Source: an uncultured Acidobacteriota bacterium
GTDB lineage: Bacteria > Acidobacteriota > Thermoanaerobaculia > Multivoradales > UBA5704
Direction: 5' to 3'
Assembly (NCBI GenBank): GCA_963770895.1
Contig: CAVYRF010000001.1
Coordinates: forward strand, 1,472,001 to 1,536,000
Length of the DNA: 64,000 bases
Position 1 is the stretch's first letter, and every line of letters begins with the position of its first letter. The position numbers were made by a program, and so were the translations under genes. Shown here one piece after another: positions 30,280 to 39,699 of the stretch. The notes under the pieces are model-generated. The model saw nothing but the letters and a program-made list of their open reading frames with translations. It searched no databases and had not been told where the DNA came from.

Positions 30280-30531
30280 TGACGCTCCTCGGTAGCCACT
30301 TCCTAGCCTACACCTTTGGAGGGATCTCTACCATTCTGCCGCTCCGTCGGGTGTGATGCGCGGCCGGCCCCGCGTCCCCGCCGATGCGCACATAGGCGAC
30401 AAGCCCGAGCGATGCGACGCCAGCCCCGGCCGGCCCAGCCGGCGATGGCAAAGGAGTTGGACAGGGGCCAGGTGACTGTCGCCTTGGCGTGGCGATAGGG
30501 GCGGGCGTCCTGACTGCACCGCGGTCGCCTG

Positions 30532-30900
30532 TCATGGCTGGCCCCCTTTCGGCACCGGCCGTCCCGTTCGGATCGGACCGAGGAGTCCCTGCACTTGGGC
30601 CAGGCGGGCTGTAGGCTCTGCCGGCAGGCGGTAGGTCATGGCGAAGAACTCCCCTGGGTCAAGTTCCAGAACCCTGCATAGGGCGAGGATGTGCCGGAGC
30701 TTGAGGTCTGTACGCCCCGCCAGCACCCAATGTGCGGTGTCGCAGCCCTCGCCCATACGACGGCTCGCCTCAGCGTAACTGATGTCGGCGAGCGCCAGGA
30801 GCACGCGGAGCGCTTCGCGTGCGCGCGCTAGCCCACCTTCAAGGGTGCTCCCGCGCTCCTGTTTGGATTCCGGGCCAGGTTTTGCGGCATGGCAGGTCAT
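30532..30900 (-). CDS. XRE-like helix-turn-helix protein
   Basis: ISYAEASRRMG..VLAGRTDLKLRHILALCRVLELDPGEFF; 4-bp overlap with the upstream gene. Confidence 0.65.
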   Translation of the reverse strand: MTCHAAKPGPESKQERGSTLEGGLARAREALRVLLALADISYAEASRRMGEGCDTAHWVLAGRTDLKLRHILALCRVLELDPGEFFAMTYRLPAEPTARLAQVQGLLGPIRTGRPVPKGGQP

Positions 30901-31238
30901 GGGCGGCTCCGCTTCAGCCACTCGCGGAACTCGCGCTCCAGGTCGGCGTCGGTGGCCTGCGCCGAGCGCTGTAGGCTGGCGATCGCTGGTCGAAAGTTGT
31001 CTTCGAGAACGCACTCGATCGTCCCCAGGACGTCTGTCGCCCGGTCATACGGTTTGCGGCCCTCCTGGCGAGCCTCAAGGTCGGTCGGCCGGGGCAGGCC
31101 CCGATGGACCGCTTCGAGAAGGTCGACGAGGGCCAGGACCTGGCAGGCGGCGTCACCGAGCGCAGCTTGCGCTCGGGCGACGGTCCAGGCGGGCGGTGGT
31201 GGAGGGGCTGGCAGGTTACACTGCGGGCAGCTCGGCAT
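30897..31238 (-). CDS. Hypothetical protein of an integrative element
   Basis: GGAG RBS; homologous fragment at 9775-9925. Confidence 0.65.
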   Translation of the reverse strand: MPSCPQCNLPAPPPPPAWTVARAQAALGDAACQVLALVDLLEAVHRGLPRPTDLEARQEGRKPYDRATDVLGTIECVLEDNFRPAIASLQRSAQATDADLEREFREWLKRSRP

Positions 31239-31480
31239 GGAGGTGTCTTCTCCGTTCCGGGTCAGGCCGCGGCGGGAGCTCCTACTCTCGCCGTGGCCGT
31301 CTGGTTTGAGTTTGGGGGCGGCACCGTGACGCCCCGCCTTGGTTCAGGCTTGCGGGAAGGGGTTCAGCTCCACCGGTTAGCGGCGCAAGGTCCCAAGCTT
31401 CTCGCTCTTCGGTCGCGTCCTCCTTTCTGGCGCCGGCTGCCCGGTCAGCTTCCAGGCGTGCGCCCCGTTCCCTGCGCCCA

Positions 31481-31910
31481 TCAACGTTCCCGCTCAGCTG
31501 GCCGCCGGGGGGCGCGGTGGTCGTTCGGGCTAGCCGTGGGTTCGGGGGGGACTTCGGCGTTGGTTCCGCCACGCAGCGCCGCTGCGATCTCGTTCGAGAT
31601 CCGGTCGGCCGCTGCGCGCAGCGGGTCATCGGCGAAGTGGGTATAGCGCTGCGTCGTGCTCGCCTGGGTGTGGCCGAGAATCCGGCCGATCACCGGCAGG
31701 CCCAGGCCGGCGGCGGCGCCGATCGCCGCGTAGGAATGACGCAGGTCATGGATTCGCAGCTCGGGGAAACCGGCGGCGCGGCGGAGGCGGCGCCAGGAGT
31801 GCTCGACGTTGACCCAATGCGAGCCCGGACGCTCGCCAGGAAAGACGTACGGATTGCCGGCGACCCGCGCAAGGCTGGCCAGGATCTCCGTCGCGGCGGC
31901 GCCCAGCGGC
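31481..31910 (-). pseudogene. C-terminal fragment of a tyrosine integrase, near-identical to ~18705-19137
   Basis: VPLGAAATEILASL..HDLRHSYA..TQRY; similarity continues into the 3' flank (31300-31480 versus 19140-19300). Confidence 0.9.
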
Positions 31911-32100
31911 ACGCAGCCCGAAAAGGTTGCCGTCGCGCAGGAAGTCGAGGCGGACTTGGCGCAGGGCGTGATCGACCGTCCATTTGTCACGCACGAAGTG
32001 CTCGACGAAAGCCTGCGCGAACTCCATAGCAAGCCCTTGGTGGACCTTGACCTCAGTGCCAATAACGCCCGCAGCCCGGGCCGTGCCGCTCGCTGCACCC
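31910..32100 (-). pseudogene. Possible CHAT-like domain C-terminal fragment
   Basis: AAGVIGTEVKV..FAQAF..ALRQVRLDFL..NLFGL. Confidence 0.4.
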
Positions 32101-32294
32101 CCGCGATCTATAGGCATGGCCGCCTCACGCTCGGACTGGAACGCGGCGACGTGATCGTGATCGCCATGCGGAGCGGCGCCAAGGTCACCGAGGGAGTCCT
32201 GAGGGTCTCGCCGCCCCTGTGGCGGCGAGCGGTGATCTCGAAGCCATGCCTCTATAAGCTTGTGCCTCTCCGAAACTCATGGAACACTCAGCTT

Positions 32295-33944
32295 ATGGTG
32301 GACAGATCCCTCCGCAGGCAGTCAGTATCCTTGGCCGTGGCTTGGGCCATGGCACTCCTTGCCGTGGGTCTCCCACCAACCACGACGGCTCATGCCGCCA
32401 CATTTGCGATGCAGGAGAGCCCGGCAGCTGTGCCGCAGGCCCCCTTGGCAACGCCACCGCCAGGCCTACCCGGTGTGATGCATTGGTGTGCGAAGCATTG
32501 TATGACGCTCGTATGGCAGAACGACCACTATACCAGCGCCAGTGCACCGGGCAGCAATGAATGGATACTTGACAGTTTCACCCGAGAATCGTTCGTCATG
32601 CGTCGCACGGACTATCAGGTCAAGGGAGGAGAAACAGTTGTGGGAGGCAAGGCGGTCCTTTCAGGAAGGATCTCCGAGCAGGGCGACACGGTTGCGGACG
32701 GCAAGATCACGTGGATGTATCATCCCTGTTGCGGCACCGGCACCGCTACCTTCACCGCAGCGTGGGGAGCAGCCCTAGACACCGTTCCAGGAAGCGACGA
32801 GGAACGTGACCGCCAGCAGGCAGCATCGACCTTCCAGCCGATGCCGCAAACTCAGAGTCAGGTAACCGTTGCTGTCGTCCTCGATCAGGACTGGACGGAC
32901 ACTGGCGTCTACCTCCGGCAGAGTCAATCCGTGAAGGTCACCGCCCGAGGCACGATGAACTGGTACACCGGTGCCTGCGATGGCAAGTGCCTCTCGACTC
33001 CCGCCGGCATTCCCTGCCCAGGTGGTGGACCGATGCGACTTGGCCTCCCCTGCCTGTCGCTCTTGGGCCGCATTGGCAAAGGCGGCAGGCCCTTCGAGGT
33101 AGGCGGATCTGTAGCCTTTACGGCCAACACCTCGGGGGAATTCTTCCTTGGTGTCAATGACGAGTACCTGCCAGACAACACCGGAGCCTGGACCGCAACG
33201 ATAAGCTCCCCGTCCATTTTCGCGCAGGTCAAGGCTCGACAACAAACCACACTCTCTGTCGTCCTGGACCACCCCTGGACCGACACCGGTGTGTATCTCG
33301 CTCAGGGGCAGCCGGTTACGATCACCGCTCGGGGCACCATGAACTGGTATACCGGCTCCTGCGATGGGAAGTGCCTCTCGACCCCGGCGGGCATTCCGTG
33401 TCCTGGCGGGGGCCCTAAGCGCCTCGGCCTGACCTGCTTGTCGCTCATTGGCCTGATCGGAGTGTCCGGAAGGCCTTTCTATGTCGGCGACTCCCTGACC
33501 TTTAGCGCGCCTGCTGCCGGCGAGCTCTTCCTCGGCGTCAATGACGACAACGTGGCTGACAACACGGGTGAATGGACAGCCACGATCAGCTCGCCGATCG
33601 CCTTTGTTCAATGGGCGCAGGCCGGCATCGAGTGGGATCGCAAAGGGACTTCACCGTCTGTATCTGGACAGAACCTGCTATCGGCGTTCCTAAAGTGTGC
33701 GTTGATGTCTCTCGGGGAGGCGGCATGCAAGAAGCAGATGGAGCAGCGCCTTGGACCCTCCATGGGTGGGCTGTCATGCGCCACATTGCTCCAGACGATT
33801 GTCGATGGGCGAATCGATCCGACTTGGCTTATTATCGGTGCGATGGCAGACAGTGCATCAGATTCAAAGAGTGAGTTTTGGCAGACCGCCGGAGGAGCAG
33901 CTAAGTTTGTATTATTTTCGAAGTGCATGGCCGACAATCAATAG
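32295..33944 (+). CDS. Secreted protein with two tandem LecA/PA-IL-like lectin domains
   Basis: Signal peptide ending AHA; two ~120-aa repeats WTDTGVYL..TARG..SL(L/I)GxIG..PFxVG..GExFLGVND..DNTGxW. Confidence 0.75.
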   Translation: MVDRSLRRQSVSLAVAWAMALLAVGLPPTTTAHAATFAMQESPAAVPQAPLATPPPGLPGVMHWCAKHCMTLVWQNDHYTSASAPGSNEWILDSFTRESFVMRRTDYQVKGGETVVGGKAVLSGRISEQGDTVADGKITWMYHPCCGTGTATFTAAWGAALDTVPGSDEERDRQQAASTFQPMPQTQSQVTVAVVLDQDWTDTGVYLRQSQSVKVTARGTMNWYTGACDGKCLSTPAGIPCPGGGPMRLGLPCLSLLGRIGKGGRPFEVGGSVAFTANTSGEFFLGVNDEYLPDNTGAWTATISSPSIFAQVKARQQTTLSVVLDHPWTDTGVYLAQGQPVTITARGTMNWYTGSCDGKCLSTPAGIPCPGGGPKRLGLTCLSLIGLIGVSGRPFYVGDSLTFSAPAAGELFLGVNDDNVADNTGEWTATISSPIAFVQWAQAGIEWDRKGTSPSVSGQNLLSAFLKCALMSLGEAACKKQMEQRLGPSMGGLSCATLLQTIVDGRIDPTWLIIGAMADSASDSKSEFWQTAGGAAKFVLFSKCMADNQ

Positions 33945-34066
33945 CAGATCAATGGCACTATTTTGCAGCGGGGCGATTGCGGCTAACCGTCCAGAAGCCA
34001 GCTAAGCGCGCGGTGCTTGCCTTGCTCCTGGCCGGACACTCTTGCCTGCTTTACGAAAGGAAACGG

Positions 34067-34426
34067 ATGACAGATCTCGCTGCGGCAGAGACTGAGGCAA
34101 GGCGGAACGTGAACATCTGGACGACGGCTGGTGCGGTGGTCGGATGGCTACCTCTCAGCGTATTTCTCCTGGTGCCGGCAGACTACCTGATGATTCGCGC
34201 GGTCGCGCAGAAGTTCGGCACGCAAGACTTCGAAGCTCAGGCCATCATCGGGATGCTTGTGGCGTCTCTCGTCGGCAAGAGCGTCGCCGAGGTCCTGGCA
34301 TTCGGGCTCTCATGGACCTGCATCGCATGGGCTATCAAGCCCTTGGTCGCCGCGGTGGTCACGAAGATCGTTGGCGAGGTAGCGATAGCTCATTTCCGCA
34401 AATTATGCTCACAACGTCTCGTCTGA
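34067..34426 (+). CDS. DUF697-like small membrane protein
   Basis: Hydrophobic; AGAVVGWLP..LLVPADYLMIRAVAQKFG pattern. Confidence 0.55.
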   Translation: MTDLAAAETEARRNVNIWTTAGAVVGWLPLSVFLLVPADYLMIRAVAQKFGTQDFEAQAIIGMLVASLVGKSVAEVLAFGLSWTCIAWAIKPLVAAVVTKIVGEVAIAHFRKLCSQRLV

Positions 34427-34537
34427 ACCGGCGGTATGGTCACTTGCTTGAGGCAAGCTGAAGGCAAAAGTTGGCGCCGTTGAGCGTCCGCCATCGCTTC
34501 TGGGCCGACAGCGCCGGGCTACTGGATCTGGGCTGGG

Positions 34538-34590
34538 GGTGGGTCACTTTCCGAACGTTGGGTGGGTCAATTTCCGAATGGCGCGTCCAA
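34538..34590 (-). repeat. Orphan IS21-like terminal repeats
   Basis: GGGTGGGTCACTTTCCGAA and GGGTGGGTCAATTTCCGAA in tandem. Confidence 0.6.
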
Positions 34591-35059
34591 CGACGAGCAC
34601 ACCGACAGTTCGGATGCCCGCCGGGAACACTCTCAGATATCGGGCAGGCGGGAGCGGCGAGGTCGAGGGTGGGGGAATGGGGGGGAGGGAGGGCAGAGCG
34701 GTTGGCGGCGGAAGCCCGGCGCTCGACCCCCTACCTGCCTGGGTGGGTGGGGGAAGGCTTGCAGACCACGGTAGCTGTTGCGTGAGACAGCCGGCAAGCG
34801 TACCCTCCGCTGGACTCGTTACAGTCGTTACAAATCAATACGGAAGCCGATTTGCCAGGAACGCTGGCACGTTACGTTGCGGGTCGTGAAAGGGCTCATG
34901 CTGGTAAGGAGAAGCACACGGAGGTGCTGGAGCGACGGTTAGATGGCCGTAGATCTCTTGCCGCAGGACGAGAGTCCGATTGCAGACAGATGAATCAAAG
35001 GTAGATCCGTGTCTGCTCGCTGGCGCGAGCTGCGCCTCCCACGGCCGTTCAACCGGGAT

Positions 35060-36125
35060 TGTGCCCGAGCCCTGGCCCGCGCCTGTGGAGGGTGCCGTCC
35101 TGCTGGGCAACATTGCGGCCACGTTCCAGCGTTTCGTGGCGCTGCCACGGTTCGCCGAGGTGGCTGCCGCACTATGGACAGTCCACGCTCACGCGATCGA
35201 GGCTGCCGGGGCTTCGCCGCTACTGGCCCTTACGTCGCCAGAGAAGCGGTGCGGCAAGACGACGACGCTGGCGCTGCTCGCCCGCCTGGTGCCGCGAGCT
35301 CTGCTCAGCTCGAACATCACGGCGGCGTCGCTCTTCCGGGTGGTGGAGAAGTACTCGCCGACGCTGCTGGTCGACGAGGCGGACACCTTCCTGCGGGAGA
35401 AGGAGGAGCTGCGCGGCATCCTCAATTGCGGCCACACGCGGGATGCCGCATACGTGGTGCGCACGGTCGGGGACGAGCACGAGCCGCGCCGGTTCTCGAC
35501 CTGGGCTCCCAAGGCCGTGGCGATGATCGGACGGCTCCCCGACACGCTGGCAGGCCGGAGCATCGTGGTGCCGATGCGCCGCCGCGCTCCGGGCGAGCAG
35601 GTGGAGCGGCTGCGGCTCGACCGGCCGGGTGACTTCGAGGCGCTGCGGCGGCGAGCAGCGCGCTGGGCCGCCGATCACCTGGCCGAGCTGCGCGCGGCGG
35701 ACCCCGAGGTGCCGGCGGAGCTCGGGGACCGGGCCGCCGACAACTGGCGGCCGCTGCTGGCGATCGCCGACCTGGCCGGCGGCGAGTGGCCGCAGCGGGC
35801 ACGGCGGGCGGCCGTCGCGCTGGCGAACTGCACCGCCGAAGAGCGGGACAGCGTGCGCGAGGAGCTGCTCGCCGACATCCGGGAGGCGTTCCGCGGGTGC
35901 AGCGGGGACCGGATTTTCACTGAGGAGCTGCTGGCCGAGCTGCGCACGCGGGAGGAGCGGCCCTGGGGGGAGTGGCGGCATGGCCAGGCCATGTTGGCCG
36001 TGCAGCTGGCCCGGCAGCTCAAGCCGTTCGGCGTCCGGCCCCGGCTGTATCGCGACGGCGCGAAGTGCGCGCGGGGATACTCGGCCGACGACTTCGCGGA
36101 TGCGTTCGCCCGCTACCTCCCCGCG
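35060..36125 (+). pseudogene. DUF3631 protein (phage/satellite replication-associated), 5'-truncated
   Basis: PEPWP, SPEKRCGKTT P-loop, LLVDEADTF, DRAADNWRPL, GY..FADAFARYL; no credible start, and the frame reads through without a stop. Confidence 0.75.
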
Positions 36126-36295
36126 GAGTCGCCGCCGGCGTTACAGGTCAATGCCGATCAGGGCTTGGCTGCATCTTCTGAGCGTTACGTCACGGCTGCC
36201 GCAACAGGTCGAGCGAGCGGCGCAAGCGCAAGCAGGCGTTGTAACGGATGTAACGAGCCCAGCCCCCGAGGCTCGCTGGGAGAAGGTGTAAGCGG

Positions 36296-36745
36296 ATGGA
36301 TGCGGGAGAGCTGCTGGCGGAGCTGGCGGCGCGCGGGGTGGAGGTCCGCGCGGCTGGCGAGGATCTGGAGATCCGGCCGGCCGGGGCGGTGCCCGCAGGG
36401 TTGCTGGCGGAGCTGCGGGCGCACAAGCCGGAGGTGCTGCGACGGCTGGCGCGGCCGGTGGTGGGCGACGCTCTGGGGGGAGTGTCGGCGTGCAGCGCGG
36501 GGCTCCTCGCCGGCGATCCGTGCGCGATGCGGCTCGCGGACTTTCCTCGTGCGGGCCTGGTCGTTGAGGTGTGGAGCGACGTGCTCGGCGAGGCGGTGGT
36601 GTTCGCAAGCGACGACGCGTGCATCGACCCGGGCGAGCCGCGGCCGGTGTACCGGGCGTGCGAGCTGCTGGTGCTGCTCGGGCTCAGGGACGCTTGGGAG
36701 CTGCGGCGGATCCACGAGGTCAAGAGGACGTTTCGCGGCACAATC
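36296..36745 (+). pseudogene. Third copy of the satellite-type 'MDAGELL' gene, 3' end replaced
   Basis: Collinear with 21636-21836 plus 28254-28510; similarity stops at FRGTI. Confidence 0.7.
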
Positions 36746-36933
36746 CGCCTCCACCCGGCCGGGCGTCCGGCGGCGCTCTCGCCGCCGGCGGGGAGAGCGT
36801 ATCGACCGACTCACCCGCCCGCCTCCTCCCGACGATGCTCTCTGCGTGACCGCCGCCGGGCTGGTGCCGCTTCGTTGGTATCCGGCTGCCGGGCGATCGA
36901 TGGGGGAGAAGCAATGGCGTTGCGCGGCTCCTG

Positions 36934-39636
36934 TCAAGCCGCCGGCGTGGCGCCGGCCGCGGCTTCGGCGCCCGCCGGTGGTTGTTGGGCGCGCAGCGCA
37001 TCGACGCGTGCCGCGATGGCGGCCACCGTCGGCCGGGCGAAGAACTCGACCGCTGGGAAGCGAAGGTCGAACATCGCGCCGATGTTGGCGATCATCTGGG
37101 TCGCCATCAGCGAATGGCCGCCGAGGCGGAAGAAGTTGTCGTTGCGGCCCACTTCCTCGATTTTCAGGACCTCGGCGAACAGTCGGGCCACGGTGGCTTC
37201 GGTGGCGCTGAGCGGCGCCGCGGCCGCCGTGCCGGAGCCGCCGCCGCGCGCCGCCGCGGCTGGCGGGGCCGGCAGCGCGCCGCGGTCGATCTTGCCGTTC
37301 GGGTTGAGCGGCATTTCGTTCAGCCGCATGAACAGGTTGGGCACCATGTAGGGGGGCAGTTTCTGCTCCAGCAGTGCGCGCAGACGGTCTTCGAAGGTGT
37401 GCCGGTCTCCGGCTGCCGCCGTGGCTCCCTCCGGCGCGGTTGCCGCCGGGACGTAATAGGCGGTCAGCCGCATCTCGCCCGGCGCGGTCTCCGCCGCCAC
37501 CGCCACCGCCTCCTTCACGCCGGGGTCGGCGCGCAGAAGGGTTTCGATCTCGCCCAGTTCGATGCGCTGGCCGCGGATCTTCACCTGATGGTCGATGCGG
37601 CCGAGGAATTCCAGGTTGCCGTCCGGCAGGTAGCGAGCAAGGTCGCCGGTACGATACAGGCGTGCTCCCGGAGTGGCGGCAAAGGGGTCATCGACGAACT
37701 TTCGGGCAGTGAGGGCAGCGTCGTTGGCATAGCCCTGGCCGACGCCGTCGCCGGCCAGACAGATCTCGCCAGCGACGCCGATCGGCACCAGGTGCAGCCG
37801 CTCGTCCAGCACGTAGACCTTGCTGTTGTGAATCGGCCTGCCGATCGGCACCGAGGTACGGCTGTAGCGATCGAAGTCGATCAGCCGGTAGGCCGACGAC
37901 ACGTCGCTGCATTCGGCGGCGCCGTAGACGTTGACGATCTCGGCCGCGCGGCCTGGCGACGCCACCCAGCCCAGCAGGCGCGAGGCCGAGATCGCCTCGC
38001 CGCCCAGGAACAGACAGCGCAGCGATCGCAGGCTGGCGTGGCTGCCCGCCTCGGGCCCTTCGAGCAGCGGGTAGAAGGTGCTGGGGGCGCAGTTGAGCAG
38101 CGTGATCTCGGAGTTGCGCAGGGTGCGCAGCAGCAGCTCGGGGTCATACCCGTCCGGCACCAGGTGCAGCTCGCCCCCACGCGTCAGGGGCATGGCCATG
38201 CTGCGCTGGGTGAGGTCGAAGCTGATCGAGCTCATCAAGAGGTTCTTGTCGGCGGCCGAGATGGCGAAGTCGTGGCCGAACCACGACAGAAGGTTGGTCC
38301 AGCCGCGATGGTGGACCGCCGCGGCCTTGGGGCGGCCGGTCGAACCGGAGGTAAAGATGATGTAGCACAGATCTCCGGGCCCGCTGCGCCGCTCGGGTAG
38401 GTCGCCGGGACGCGCCGCCAGCGCGGCGGCGTCGCGGTCCACCAGGACCACGCGCGGTTTCCGGGCCGGCAGGCGATCGAGCAGCCGTTCGCTGGTGACC
38501 AGCGCCTTCAGCCTGACGCCCTCGAACATCACCGCCATGCGGTCGCTGGGATAGCTGGGATCGAAGGGCACGTAGGCGCCTCCCGCCTTGAGCACGGCCA
38601 GCACGGCCACCACCAGCGCGGGCGAGCGATTGAGGCAGATCCCGACCGGCGTGTTGGCGCCGGCGCCCAGGCTTTGCAGGTGATGGGCGAGCTGATTGGC
38701 GCGCCGGTCCAGCTCGCCGTAGCTGATCCGCAGCGGACCGTCCACCAGCGCAATGCGGTCGGGCGCCGCCGCCGCCTGCGCCGCGAACAGCTGATCCACA
38801 CAGACATCGCGCGGGTAGTTGTGCGCCGTGTCGTTCCAGTCGAAGAGCAGGCGCCGGCGCTCGCCTTCGTCGAGCATGCCGAGGTCGGCGAGAGCGGCGT
38901 TGGGGTCGCGCAGGCCGGCGTCGAGCAGCTGTGCCAGGTGGCACAACAAGCGTTCGACGGTGGCGGCCGCGAAGAGCAGCGGGCTGAAGGCGGCCCTGCC
39001 GCGCAGCCCATCGGGCACGCGCTCGAAGGTGATGGTCAGGTCGTTGCCGGTCGCCGGCAGCTCGCCGTGCAGGCCGCCGTGCACCAGCGCCACATCGAAC
39101 AGCGGGCAGCGGTCTGCCCCCGGTGGCAGGCCCAGGTCGCTCAGCAGCTGGGCGAACGGCACCTGCCGGTGGTCGTGCGCTTCGAGGAGAGCCTGGCGTA
39201 CGCGCAGGAGGGTCTGGCGGAAGCTCGCCTGCTCGTCGATCTCGCTGACCAGGACCAGGACGCTGTCCGCCGTGTCGTCCGCCGGGTTGCCGGTAGTGCG
39301 CACCGCCGCACAGCCGATGGCGATGGGCGACGCCTGGGTGTAGCGGTGCAGGCAGACGGCGAGCGTTGCCGCCAGCGCCACATGCTCGAGGAATGGCTCG
39401 CCGCCGGTCAGCTGGGAGAGACGGTCGAACAGCTGACCGCCCAGGACGATCTCCACGGAGGCGTTGTGGTCGAGCCGCCCGGCGGGGCGGCGATGGTCGG
39501 CGGGAGGACCCGCCGGACGCGGTCGAACCGCCAGCTTGTCGCGCCAGTAGCGGCGGCTTGCGGCGGCCGGGTCCTCGTCCGCGGCAACCGGCGGGGCGGC
39601 GCCGGCGGCCGCGGCGGTTTCGCTCACAGTGCTCAT
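36934..39636 (-). CDS. Stand-alone NRPS: half condensation domain-A-T
   Basis: YIIFTSGSTGRPK, LYRTGDL, QVKIRGQRIELGEIE, LGGHSL; the N-terminal region starts at the YWR segment and has no HHxxxDG. Confidence 0.93.
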   Translation of the reverse strand: MSTVSETAAAAGAAPPVAADEDPAAASRRYWRDKLAVRPRPAGPPADHRRPAGRLDHNASVEIVLGGQLFDRLSQLTGGEPFLEHVALAATLAVCLHRYTQASPIAIGCAAVRTTGNPADDTADSVLVLVSEIDEQASFRQTLLRVRQALLEAHDHRQVPFAQLLSDLGLPPGADRCPLFDVALVHGGLHGELPATGNDLTITFERVPDGLRGRAAFSPLLFAAATVERLLCHLAQLLDAGLRDPNAALADLGMLDEGERRRLLFDWNDTAHNYPRDVCVDQLFAAQAAAAPDRIALVDGPLRISYGELDRRANQLAHHLQSLGAGANTPVGICLNRSPALVVAVLAVLKAGGAYVPFDPSYPSDRMAVMFEGVRLKALVTSERLLDRLPARKPRVVLVDRDAAALAARPGDLPERRSGPGDLCYIIFTSGSTGRPKAAAVHHRGWTNLLSWFGHDFAISAADKNLLMSSISFDLTQRSMAMPLTRGGELHLVPDGYDPELLLRTLRNSEITLLNCAPSTFYPLLEGPEAGSHASLRSLRCLFLGGEAISASRLLGWVASPGRAAEIVNVYGAAECSDVSSAYRLIDFDRYSRTSVPIGRPIHNSKVYVLDERLHLVPIGVAGEICLAGDGVGQGYANDAALTARKFVDDPFAATPGARLYRTGDLARYLPDGNLEFLGRIDHQVKIRGQRIELGEIETLLRADPGVKEAVAVAAETAPGEMRLTAYYVPAATAPEGATAAAGDRHTFEDRLRALLEQKLPPYMVPNLFMRLNEMPLNPNGKIDRGALPAPPAAAARGGGSGTAAAAPLSATEATVARLFAEVLKIEEVGRNDNFFRLGGHSLMATQMIANIGAMFDLRFPAVEFFARPTVAAIAARVDALRAQQPPAGAEAAAGATPAA

Positions 39637-39699
39637 TTCGCTCGCCCTCCAGGTCGCTCAGGTCGCTCAGGTCGCCGCGAAGCGCCGTGGTGTCCGCCC

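Noticed and set aside
31809-32294. N-terminal extension of the lectin ORF to 711 aa
   Set aside because: It is antisense to integrase and CHAT-like scraps; the signal peptide begins after the ATG at 32295
34980-37211. 743-aa ORF as one novel fusion protein
   Set aside because: Only ~35060-36125 is DUF3631-like; the rest is low-complexity read-through overlapping other genes
39650-39676. 9-bp tandem repeat CAGGTCGCT x3 between the radical SAM and NRPS genes
   Set aside because: Short, intergenic and imperfect in the last unit; no evidence of function
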